DNA from: Takakia lepidozioides
Lineage: Eukaryota; Plantae; Bryophyta
Assembly (NCBI GenBank): GCA_030704615.1
Contig: CM060732.1
Location: 22,940,001-23,004,000 of the forward strand
Direction of reading: 5' to 3'
Length of the DNA: 64,000 bases
The notes under the pieces are model-generated. The model was given only the letters and a program-made list of their open reading frames with translations. It had not been told where the DNA came from and ran no database searches. This document shows, piece after piece, positions 52,901 through 63,735 of this stretch. How positions within the stretch are numbered: the stretch's first letter is position 1; every line of letters starts with the position of its first letter. A program made the translations under genes and the position numbers.

Positions 52901-53028
52901 TCTGCGATGGCATCACTTCCATTATTGGCGTGCTCTGAGTCGGGAGAGGGTACTAGGGGAGAATCAGTGTTGAGTAGGCGAGACCACATAGGGCCGCCGT
53001 TGACGCCCGGCATGCTTTCCCCCTGCAT
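40931..53028 (-). CDS. CLC-D: CLC chloride channel / Cl-/H+ antiporter, CLC-d-like, about 22 exons, two CBS domains
   Basis: Exons give MESLDYEVVE, APAAAGSGIPEIKGYLNG, LGKEGPLVHTG, AAFRAPVGGVLFALEEVTSW, WRSQLLWRVFFT, GHFGSGGFIIWDIS, PSGQFVPGIMVG, LGGSMRMTVSLCVIMVEITNNLKLLPLIM, HNGFP and YNLFRQLGLRH. Borders checked are GT-AG. Start and last exon are approximate. Confidence 0.93.
42990..43105 (-). mobile_element. LINE 3' stub in CLC intron
   Basis: TCCCTTTGTGTTCCGCTCAAACTGGGCGCGGGGTCAATGGCCACAAGGCTACGGCAAACAACGTCTTATGAGTAC, the same family as 7551-8075. Confidence 0.75.
49900..50600 (+). mobile_element. Four stacked LINE 3' stubs with (CT)n tails in CLC intron
   Basis: Terminal motif GGCTA(C/T/G)GGCAAACAA at about 50117, 50180 and 50275, degenerate at about 50548, each followed by a CT-rich run. 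Confidence 0.75.
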
Positions 53029-54597
53029 GCCAGGGTCTTTCTCACACCTTCCTTGAATCAATCAAAGCTTGCTACCTCAATTTCCGTGTTTGCGCCCCAC
53101 CTCTTCTCTCGTCTTCTCTCAGTCCTTATTTTCTCTCAACGTGCTTTGGCTGAGGTGTACAACTGGGAAGAGTGCCAAGCAGCTTAAACCCTAGCTCAAT
53201 CTGCCACCGTTCTTTCCCCTTCAGTACCTGGCAGCATTCACGTGGCCAGTCCTCCTCTGACAACCGCACCTCCTCCCCCCTTTCTGTCCCTCTGTCATGG
53301 CCACAACTAGTAAGCTACCATTTAGCTGTACAAGCAGGAAAATGCGCGATCGAAATCTTCCTTCTAGATTCAATGTGTGTGCCGAATCGCTCGTGCAATG
53401 TTACCGTTTGAAAGCGAAGTACCTACCCCTCTCTTGCACCCCGCCCCCTTCCACCCCTCCCCTCTCGTCCTCGATCAGCGAAGCTCTTATTCAGATGAGT
53501 GATGGAATCATTGTCAAGTGGAAGAGTAGCATCCAATCCCCGTCTCCATATTCTCCCAACCCTGCCTTCCCAACTCCCTACCAGCTGTAATCCAGTGTGT
53601 GAGACCCCCGATGATTGCCCGCAAGCAGCAGAGCCTCCCACGCTCTGGCTCTTGCTGAGCGAGCAGGCGAGCTGAGCGATGGCCGGATCGATTACTTCAT
53701 CGCTCTGCCCACGCAAGCAAATTGCAAACCAAGACACGACCATTCACATGAGTCTACAGCCTGCCACACGCCGCTCCACCGTGGGTTCAAATCCACAAAC
53801 TCGAACGACGCTGGCAACTGCTCCACAATGATGATTGTCGGTTGGGAGAGAAGCAGTGTTAAAACAAATGAAGAGAAAATGAAAATGTCTGCTTACTAAG
53901 AGCCACTTATGCCATTTCGAACTCCGGGGGATTGTAGGTTCAAATCTTGCTACCTTGTCGAGTGTGGTATTATATTATCTTCTTCCCCTTCTCTTGGGCA
54001 GTGTCCCATTCCGCGTCCCATTGAGCATGAGCATGGAATGGTTAGTTTTGAGCTGGTGGAGATGCGGCTATGTATCATAACGTGCTTTGCATGCAGAATC
54101 AAAAGCAGGGGCAGATAGTTTTGTCACCTAAGAGATCGGTACTACATCAAGGAGCAAGCAAAGGAGAGGCCGACTACGATTCGGCCGTAGCCGGATGTCC
54201 CTTGCGGCCGTGGGCAAAACATCCAATACGTCAAAATACACATAGATAGGAAGAAAGAGAGAAAGAGAGAAGAATCCGAAGCTGGCTTAAGCTACCGTGG
54301 TTACTAGGCTACTGGACTCTTTTAGGGGTGGGCTCCATAAGTATAGACAAAAAAAACAAAAACACACACACACACATATATATTGGTTATTCGTTATTTT
54401 GGTACCTCATATATGGGTACCTTAAACTTGTGAGGTTACTGTAGAAGGAACTTGAAGTCAATTGGTGCCATAGGTGCAGTTTTAGGAAAAATAAATCCAA
54501 GGTTCATCTTTCCTTCGAGCCTTACAAAAGGAAGCGCATCATCTTATGATCCGGTCCCAATATGGATGTGGCTTGATTTTATTGCAAGTGTGTGAGC

Positions 54598-56292
54598 TGA
54601 TGGGTACGGCCGCGAGGTACAGCCAGGAACCCCGCTCTGGCAGCCTCGTCGGCGACATGGACGGCCCATGTCAAATCATCCCCACCCCCCTCCGACCCAT
54701 CCGCCCGTTGCCCCGCCCGCCTGCTGCTCCCCGCGCCCACCGCCCGGGACCCTGACCCCCGCCCCCCACGCTGGCCACGCGCACCCCACAGCACCGCCCG
54801 ATCTCCAGCCACGTGGCGGCCCCCGCTGTGGATCCCCTCACTGGGTTGATCCCCCTTCCAGTGCCGGAGTGATCCCCCACCCCCATCTCTAGCCACGTGG
54901 CGCTACCCCCGAACTGTCGATCCCCTCCCCATCCAACCTCAATTAAATGGATGACGGCCGGATGAAGGCCCCATGACGCGTCCATCGCCATGTGGCGCTC
55001 CCGTCGCCGTCGATCCCCTCCTCCCATCCACGGCACGCTCCCCCGAGACGTCGCCGCTCCCCCCAACGCGCCTTGATCCCCCTTCCAGACCAGGAGTGAT
55101 CCCCCAACCCTATTCGCCCGCCACATGCGGCTCCCCCGGACCGTCGATCCCCTGCGCATCCATCCAACCTCACAAACAATGGATGTTGTGTGTCATCCGC
55201 CCCTCATCCTCCCGCGCAAGGGATGGACGACGGCCGGATGAAGGCCCGATGACACTGACAGGCCACGTGCCGCTCCCCCCGCCGTCGATCCCCTCTTCCC
55301 ATCGACGGCCCGATCCCCCCACACACCCCCCCCCCCCCCCCCTCGGTTGATCCCCCGTCCAATGCGGTGACTGATCCCCCTCCACCCATTGGACGGCACG
55401 TGGCGCTTCCCCCGCCGCCGATCCCCTCTTCCCATCCACGGCGCGATCGCCCGACACGTCGCCGCTCCCCCCGACCTGGCTTGATCCCCACTCCGGACCG
55501 GGAGTGATCCCCCACCCCTAATCGCCCGCCGAACCGTTGATCCCTACGCATCCATCCAACCTCCAAACGATGGATGTTCTGGGTCATCCGCCCCTCATCC
55601 CCCGGCCATCCTCCCGCGCAGTGGATGGACGACGGCCGGATGAAGGCCCCATGGCACGCCACCGCCACGTGGTGCTCCCCCCGCAAAATCCCCTACGCAT
55701 CAATCTTACTTACAACCACTGCCGTTCACAGTGACACGCCGCCACGTCGCAATCCCCTCCGCCGTCGATCCCTCCAACGGTTAGAGGCCTGATCCCCCGA
55801 GCCCAGGCGCGGTCCTCCGGGCCTTCGACCATGGATGGCGCAATCCCCGCGCTGTCGCTCCCCCGCCTCGATTGATCCCCTCCTCCAATTCGGGGACTGA
55901 TCCCCCTCCCCACATTTTTCCGCCCCGTGCTGCTCCACGGTGCCCTCCATGACACGTGGGCCACGTCGCGGTCCCCTCGTCGTCGATCCCCCCCCCCCCC
56001 CCCCCCCCCCCCCGCCCCCCGCGCCGTCCATCCCTCTCGACCGCGTGCCAGCACCCCCAATGTCGATCCGTTCCCGATCCCCTGCTCCCCCCCAGGGACT
56101 CATCCCCCTTGGCCCTTGTCGTACGCATACATATCGCTACACAACTACATCGCTGTCCAAAACCACACAACACATGTGCACACCACACACTAGTATACCA
56201 CTAGTCCACCACTAGTCCAACCACTAGGCTACAACTAGTTAGTCACTAGGCTGCCACTATGCTGCCCACTATGGCAGTCACTAGTCCACACA
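54598..56292 (-). mobile_element. Putative 3' LTR region of the MTase-Gypsy element, GC-rich with internal repeats (distal boundary uncertain)
   Basis: PPT AGGGGGGCGAT (56303-56293, -) is immediately followed by TGTGTGG at 56292. GACGGCCGGATGAAGGCCC is repeated at about 54953, 55229 and 55631. Candidate end ...CCCATCA at 54598. Confidence 0.5.
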
Positions 56293-56552
56293 ATCGCCCC
56301 CCTAGCTGGTGCTTAGGTCCCTCTAAGTCCAGGTAGCCACAAGATGTGATAGTGACCATAGCCTCACTAAGTCTTCCACCACTATCCCTACTACACTCAA
56401 ACTCGATAGATCAAGAGGCCGGGTGCAAGAGTTGCCCCATCGTTAGTCGCCGTCTTGCAACCTGTGAACTTGAGCTTGGGATCTCATGTATTGACTCCTA
56501 TGAACTTGGCCTCCCATGTCTTGTTAGCTGCCTCCAGTCATGTCCACTGCCA

Positions 56553-57098
56553 CTATCCCAAGCAGTGTGGACACAACCAATCTCCGTCAGGAACCTTCTC
56601 AAGAGGTGGTGTCAAACATCCCATATGCCAACCCCTTGAGCATCGATCACACACCAGCATGGTGGCTGCCCCTTTGGCAGACCCACAGAGCATGCACCTC
56701 AAACCTGCAGGTACCACTGCCAAGTTTGGGTCAACTCTGCCATCGACATTGGGAAGGTGACATGGCGCATAATTACGCACATAGTCCTTCCAAGTCATGC
56801 CATCCCGACCCTCCAAGATCAGGACCCCTGAGGGCAACACCTCTCGAACCCTCAGAATAACACGCCCTGTAGTAACATCCAGAGTCGTAGGAGCAGTCTG
56901 CTGCAAATAAACATAGTCACCAGGGCTAAACCTCCGAACCCCAGGACGATATCCTCCCACCACGTATAGTGGCATACCTCAACGTATCATGGTGCTGTGC
57001 AATGGCAAGGTTCTCAAAAGGAATAGGCATGACTTTCTTGAACAATTCTGCACGCTGATCACATGCACGTACCCACACGTCCGGATCGTCAAGGTTAG
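56553..57098 (-). mobile_element. Gypsy integrase C-terminal tail plus PHD finger
   Basis: ENLAIAQHHDTLRYA...RRFSPGDYVYL (post-core integrase region, one frameshift), then C4HC3 PHD: CMLC...MLVCDRCSRGWHMGCLTPPLEKVPDGDWLCPHC. Confidence 0.88.
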
Positions 57099-57718
57099 GT
57101 GGAGCTCTCTGGTGGAGAGTATGCTTCAGCCACAGTGATGCCAGCCAAGAAGGATGTCTATGGCAATTGGACAGAGAGACGTATGTGCGGTGATTACCGG
57201 CCTGTAAATCGTCAGACCAAGTCCGATAAGTATGCCATGCCAACACCAGAGGAGATATTTGATGCCATCGGGCATGCTAAGGCTTTAGCACTTTGGATTC
57301 ACGATCCGGATATCACCAGTTGCCAATCAAGGAGGCGGACAAGCAGAAGACGGCATTCTGGGGGATCAATGAGCACGGCAAGGATTGCCTATATCAGTGG
57401 CGGTTCTTACCATTTGGGTTTAAGAATGCTCCTGCAGAGTTTCAGAGAGTCATGGACAAGATTCTAGCAGGGGTGGACTTTGCTCGGTGCTACATAGATG
57501 ACATCATCATCTTTAGTGTTACGATGGAGGAGCATGAGAGACACCTTCAGGTGATATTGGAGCGCTTGAGAGCGCACGGATTGAAGTTGCATCCGGGGAA
57601 GTGCAAGTTTTTCCACAACCAGATTGAGTGTCTGGGTCACATGATATATCCTGGAGGATTGGGGGTACAACAGACTAAGGTAGAGGCCATTGCACAAATT
57701 CCACGCCCCACGGATGTG
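57099..57718 (+). mobile_element. Gypsy reverse transcriptase core, inverted relative to the rest of the element
   Basis: YASATVMPAKKD...RMCGDYRPVN, D.RSGYHQ, LPFGFKNAPAEFQRVMD, YIDDIIIFS, LHPGKCKF...LGH. One frameshift near 57290. Confidence 0.95.
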
Positions 57719-57890
57719 ACCTGCCTCCCAGAGATCTTGAGTCCTCATCTGAATCAAAGACCTCTCCATGTCACTGTATCTATAGGGTCTTCGAAAGATT
57801 GGCGTGTCAGTGGCCAACTCAATATGGATCTCTTGACCCTTCAGTGCTCCCAAGTCCTTCAAACTGAAGGCAATGCAATTCCTGAGGCAA
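57719..57890 (-). mobile_element. RT N-terminal region (element orientation)
   Basis: AFSLKDLG..GQEIHIELATDTPIFRRPYRYSDMERSLIQMRTQDLWEAG, which naturally continues into VELS..YAS at 57099 (+). Confidence 0.85.
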
Positions 57891-58025
57891 TGCCCTCAGG
57901 AACCGTCGTATACGTCGTCTCTCTCCTCCGGTGACAATGGGTCCAATGTCAGGCTCCCAATTGTCCTCCGTAACTGCAACCTTAAGTCCAGTGGGCTTAG
58001 TAGTAGAGGACGCGTCCAGTGGTTG

Positions 58026-59280
58026 CTATGTTGCAACCTCTTGAGCAGTACTCCCTGCCTGCTCAGTCAATGACAAGGCATCATCCTGCCCCATCATCTC
58101 ATCCTTGAGGACCTCCTCAACCCGAGAAGAATCCCCAACCTCATCCATCACAGTCGCCTTGGCTGCCAACTCCCTCTGAACCTCGAGCACCTCCCACTTG
58201 TGCCATAGATGCATACACCCCGTGGTCCTCACATGCTTGCCCCCACTCACTGCCTGTACCGTCTCGGTAGGCAGAGAGACCATCGAGGGAAGTGTACTCC
58301 GCACTCTGCATTGCTCAGCCAGAGCCAAGCTGATAATCCAGGTCAAGCAATCGAGATCCATTGCTTGCCCCAACACTTGACGATGTGATGCCTCAGAAAG
58401 AGACAACACCGCCGTGGTACCAGTGGTAAAACCCATTGCCCGCTCATGCTCGTCAGCATTAGGCTCCACTAACTGCTGCAACTGAGCATCCCACAGGAGG
58501 CCAGGTCCACTATCCCGGAAAGCATGCGATCCTGGGAAGCTGAGCAGTGTAGGTAATGTTGCTCGTGGTTGACCCACCTTGTTGACCACTGCCAAAGGCG
58601 AACGGTCATCATGTCTCACACGCTGAGACTGCCTCCCTGTCTCCAGAATGCTATCCACTGTGAGATGTGCTGGCCGCTGTACCCCATCAAATGCACGCTT
58701 GAGCAGTGCGGGTGGCATCAAGTTAGTCCACCATAGCCGTGGACGATGAGCCCGTGACCCCACTGTAGCTGCATCTAGCAACACTGCTGACCCAAGCCAC
58801 GACCGGACTTGATGCACACTAGCCATCACCCTGGCTCGAGAATCGCCCATCAGTGGCACATTCTCCAAGATGTATGCTGGAGATACAGCTTGATGAAGCT
58901 GTAAGTGGCGCAAAACCCGCACCATCTCCCAAAACAGACCCGACCTCGAGTCTCGCAATCCATTGCCATGCCCGGCTGATGAATGCCCTTGGCAGGGCCA
59001 ACCTACTAGATCAATGGAGCCAACCCGCTCCAAATCCTGCGCCCCCAGCAACGAAATGTCTGCTGGCAAGGCCTGCTGATATCCACGAATTGCAGACACC
59101 GACAATAACTCAGGGTACTGCTACACCAACTGAGCAATATGGCGAAGTGAAATGTGTCGTGTAGTCTCATCCTTCTCCACATACAAGTAACGCCGAACTC
59201 GTACACCTGCCTGTAACACAGCAGCCAATCCGGTGCTGATCCCGCCAAACAAGTCCAGAAGACAAATGCCTTCATCCGGA
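58026..59280 (-). pseudogene. DNA (cytosine-5) methyltransferase domain within the Gypsy polyprotein
   Basis: Motif I LLDLFGGISTG (about 59262-59230), II YLYVEKD, IV DLVGWPCQG (about 59000), VI YILENV, VIII HRPRLWW, IX ERAMGF..GTT and X LGQAMD, all in canonical order. One internal TAG at 59123-59121. Confidence 0.92.
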
Positions 59281-59492
59281 TACTGCTACACAATAGGTGT
59301 GGTTTCCAATGGAGACAACTGAGGTGGTCCTGGTGCAATCCCCGCACTCTCCTCCTCTCCTAACGGTACAAAAGCCTCCACCCAGGCTTGTTGCACCCGT
59401 CGATCAGCATCCCGCTGCAAATCCTTACTCGTGCCCCACAATGGAGTCTAAGCAACCATGGTAGGCAACTCTGCCATACCATACATGTCATC

Positions 59493-60044
59493 CTACTCTC
59501 CCGGAGGTGGCACATCCTCTGAATGAGCGTTGCCCTCAAGCAACTCTTTAGGCCAACTCACTGCCGCTGTGAATGCTGCTAGTGTCGGCATCTTGCCTCG
59601 CTGGGCAACCGCAACTCCTCCTATGAACGTCACAGGGAGCTGCACACGCCGACCCTCCCCTGACTGCCATGCAGGCCTATAGGAAGCTGACTCCTCCCAA
59701 AAATCCAGGGTGAAGCCCATGGGGTACAACACTGCCCCACCAACCAGGACATCGTATGAGACCGCGTCTGTCACAATGGCCTTGGCTCGCATCACTGAGC
59801 CATCTGTAGGGTGATCCGGCTGTAGTCTGATAGCCAACTCACGTCGTGTCATGCCCCGAGCCTGCTCCGATCCTCCCAGAGACGTCTGTATCTGGAAAGG
59901 ACAAGGCTCCATATTCGCCTCCGTGAGGCCCAAGCCTGCAATAGCAGCTTTGCCCAGCATCAGTGGCTGAGCTCCCGAGTCCAACAAGACCCGCAGTGGC
60001 CGGTACCTCTTGCCTGCCGGTCCACTCAAACAGAAAAATGCCAT
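59493..60044 (-). mobile_element. Retroviral-type aspartic protease of the Gypsy element
   Basis: VLLDSGAQPLMLG ... YDVLVGGAVLYPMGFTLDF. Same reading frame as the MTase. Confidence 0.9.
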
Positions 60045-61266
60045 CCTGGTTGTCTAACATGACAACTCCAGGTGTCAACATGGCGCGCTCAATGGCTAGC
60101 CTAGCTGGCAGCTCCATCAACTTGGCAGCTGTAGCTTGCCATGGCGCCGCCGTGGCAGTCTTGACCCTCAAATCCGAGGATCCCTCCGGCACTACACCTC
60201 TCACTATCTCCGCAGAAGATGAAGTAACCTCCTCACTCTCACAGAGTGTAGCTGCCAGCCTGAACACCTCAGCTGGTCTTACCCCCGGCATCGCAATCAT
60301 GGTAGCCGAGAACAATGGAGCTTGGCACACAGACGTGGCCGCTCCTAGCAGCACACTAGCTGTCGTAGCCTTGGCAACACTAGGTAGTGGTGCTACCCGT
60401 GTAGCTCTCCCCAATGGCATAGTAACCTCCGCCTCGGTAACAGTCGGGCGAGAACTAGGTGCCATGGATGGCGTCGACACTGTCTCCGCCAATGTGAATG
60501 ACTGAGGAAGCCTAGCCTGACGGCTTGCCTCCCCACGCTGTGGATCCAACTCCACCTCTGCACCTCGTGGCTCAGGAACTCGTGCTGCTCCTCGAGTCAC
60601 GGCTGCAGCAGACTCCACCTGCACTAGTGGTAGTGTTGCTCCACACATGAATCCCATGCCTCCCATATCTCCTCCCTCAGGAGCAGGAGGTGGACCATCC
60701 GGCCTTAGAGCCGGTACCACCTGCGCTGTAGCCATGGCAGCGAGCCTCTGCTCTAGCTGCTGAAGCCGGTTGGCCATGCCTTGGTCAACACCCTGACCTC
60801 CGTGTCCTTGGTCATGTTGAGCTTGCCCTTGGCCTGCACCTCGTGGCTGGCCACCTCGTCCTCTCTGGGCTGCTCCACCTTGCCCCCGGCCACCATTGTT
60901 CCCTTGGAACTGGCCTGGGCGCAACTCAGGATGCAAACCATAACACTGGGCCTTTCCATGCCCGTGCTTGCCACAATGCCCACACTGCAACTGTGCAGGC
61001 TGTGCATGTGCCGGCCCTTTGCCTCCCTCTGGGCAACTTCTTGACATGGGGTCCTCCACATGTCCAGCACACCACATCCGCCCGTTGTTGGCCAGCAAAT
61101 GAAGGGAGAGACCCCTGCATCTGAGGTCCTCTCTGCCCTTCCCTGAGCTTCACCTGAGCCCCCTTGTTGCTTTGAGCACGTTGAGGTAGTGGTTGGCTAG
61201 GAGCACCACTACCCCGTGGTGTCTCCTTAGCAAATCCCACCATGACCACTCGTTCCTCCACCATGT
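60030..61266 (-). mobile_element. Gypsy gag C-terminal part with two zinc knuckles and linker; 5'-truncated at about 61266
   Basis: CWTCGGPH.K..C (frameshifted) and CGHCGKHGHGKAQC. Near-identical to 25002-25586. Confidence 0.88.
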
Positions 61267-62904
61267 GGTTTTGAAACCAGCATTGCCTAACTGGATACCC
61301 AATTCAGCTCCGCATCTTGGTCCATTAATCTGCTGCACATTGTGAAGTTTTCTGCCCGTTCACCGCAAGTTGAAGAAGGAGTATTCTTAAAACACGGGTA
61401 CTCATAATCTGAAAATGGCTCCAGCTTATGTTGCTTAGTGCGAATATGAGTGTGGTTGGCTTGGCAGCTTTACATCTGGTCCATCCACTACAAGAGATGA
61501 GCGTTTTTAGGACTACGGGTTTGGCGGAGTCATAAAAACTGTACTAGGTACATGACTACGGAGCGCTGAAATGCATTACAGTTTTAGTTTTATGACTTTG
61601 TAGTAATGGATATCACTACATGACTCCAGAAAGTTAGGGAGCATTGGTCAAACATTGTTGACCATGATGACAGGGATGGTTTATATGACTAGTGTGATAT
61701 GTTTGACTACACGTGGACGACGTTTCATGGAATCTTATGACTCCATGACTGAAGATGGTTTCAGAGCTCTATTTATACGACTACATCGCTACACGTGTCA
61801 TTTTGAAGGCACATATAATACAAATAAGGTTGCCCATTAGGTTTAAAAAAGTTAAAATTTTTGCTAATAAGGTTGTCTATTAGTGTAATTGTGAACAGAA
61901 AGGAGGGCTGGGACTTGGCGTCTTTTTGTCTCCTGTGCCACACCACATAGCTGAGGGATGGAACGCGATGATAGCAGGATATGCAGGGGCGTGAGATGGA
62001 GGCGTTGAGCAAATGATGCACGAAGGAGGAGACAAGGAGGAGACGAGACGAGACGAGGACAAGCGAGCTCGCCGTTCTTGGGACAGTCAGCTTGGTCTTA
62101 GCAAGCGTGTTTCAATCTCTGACTACTCATCTACGCCGTAGTGGTTCGATCTGACAGACCAATCCGACATTACATGACTATAGACACAAGCAGCACACAC
62201 AAGAGGTCATCGGTCAAATCCTCCATGGGTCAGGACAGGTCAAGGACAATGTGGTAGGGCACCTTCTTCTTCAACCTATTTCAGCCTGTGTTGCCCTCTC
62301 ATCAGACTCGGCCGCAAGATGCATATTGAATTCTGTAAGTTAGGTCGTTGGGTACATCTGTGGTGGTTTGGAGTGACTTTGGCAAGTTACTGCCAGTGTG
62401 GCAGCAGGGAAGTATCCAAAAACATATAATAGAGGTGAGGAGAAGCGGTGGGGTGAACACTTTCCGACCCCAATGGTAGGACAATGGAGACAAAAAGGCG
62501 AATGTCTGTTGGACTACAGAGAGAAGCAGATACATTTCAGATTGTGATAAGTAGGGTTGGGGTGTTTTGGGGAAGAACTCCACACCAGTATGGTTGGGGT
62601 GTTTGCTGGTAGAATTGTAGGCTGTCAGAGGCATGGATAGCTGAAGGAGCAGGGATAGAGTGTGGGTCCACATTCATCCAAGAGGGCTGGATTTCAAGCT
62701 CCACATTACCTATGATTCCCTGTGGAAGGATAGGTACAAGAAACCTACATGGGTAGATGGTCAACTGGAAGCGACATGCTGTACTATATGTCATTACTGT
62801 ACTATATGTCATTCCAGAGACTGTCATTGTTGGTCCATGTGTTTCACAACAATGCTATCAATATAAGACTCCTGGTTCGCATTGGAAGCTCAATCCCTAC
62901 AAGT

Positions 62905-63020
62905 TCATTGTGTGTGAAGTTCAAACTTGCGATTTGAAGGATCTTGTAACCAAGTTCATTCAACCGGAAAGGAGAAATTCTGAAAGCTCCCAAATTTGAT
63001 GTGGGCAAGCTTATGGAGGT
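62905..63020 (+). pseudogene. RPS3A: Fragment of 40S ribosomal protein S3a (eS1)
   Basis: VCEVQTCDLKDLVTKFI joined by a deletion to ILKAPKFDVGKLME|GTAAG. Confidence 0.8.
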
Positions 63021-63626
63021 AAGACTTAGCTTCCCTCCTCTAATGTAAGTGTTGGATAAGTTTCATTTACTGTCGACCTTCACTGCATATATTGGCTCTT
63101 TTCTTGGCTGGTTTCATATTTTCTTGGCTGGTATGCTGTTGGTTGGCTTCTTTCATTTCACGTGTGTAGTGGAAGGGGAGAAGTACTTTCCTAAGTTCTG
63201 CTGCAACAATGTCTTTTTCCAGCCTAGATGTTTTCGATGGATACAAATTGAAGTGTTTTGAATGTTGCTGCAATACTATAATAAAGTGGAGGGTGCTGAA
63301 TGCAGTTGGCCTTGCTTCGTGCAGGCATAATCCAGGGAAATGTGGACATAGCTGAAACCCCATGATAGCATTTCCAGAGGACGGTGTGGATGGCCTCACA
63401 ATCCAGCATGCAAAATCCATGACAATGTGGAGCTGGCTGAATGGGCAAACAGGTTAAGTGGCGAACAAGCCACGTCACTGGTACATAGTTGCATGCTTAC
63501 ATAGTACATGAAAGCGTACTATATGTCATTCCCGAAATTGACCATGTTGGTCCATGTATTTTACAACAATGCTATCAATAAAAGACCAATGGTTCGCATT
63601 GGAAACTCTATCTCCGTAAGTGGCTT

Positions 63627-63735
63627 GTGCGTGATGCTCAAACTTGTGATTTGAAGGATCTTATACCCCAGTTCATTGCAGAGGTCATTGGAAAAGACAT
63701 TGAGAAGGCAACAGCCGTTATCTATAATCTACAGA
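63627..63735 (+). pseudogene. RPS3A: Second fragment of 40S ribosomal protein S3a (eS1)
   Basis: VRDAQTCDLKDLIPQFIAEVIGKDIEKATAVIYNLQ matches eS1 CDLKELV.KFIPE.IGK.IEKAT..IYPLQ. Confidence 0.8.

Noticed and set aside
54546-56215. Many overlapping Gly/Pro/Arg-rich ORFs
   Set aside because: Expected from GC-rich low-complexity repeat DNA; no domain signature.
57099-57934. Independent + strand retroelement nested in the Gypsy
   Set aside because: Its first residues are the continuation of the - strand RT N-terminus, and it has no LTR or TSD of its own. The ORF tail beyond 57718 is antisense read-through.
58026-59280. Bacterial restriction-modification MTase or a host DNMT gene
   Set aside because: In frame with a retroviral protease, upstream of RT, intronless, with no endonuclease partner or host regulatory domains.
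25002-61266. Two gag segments as one element split by a scaffold inversion
   Set aside because: They overlap by about 580 bp with distinct indels, and the second has its own gap-free junction at about 61266, so two copies is more parsimonious.
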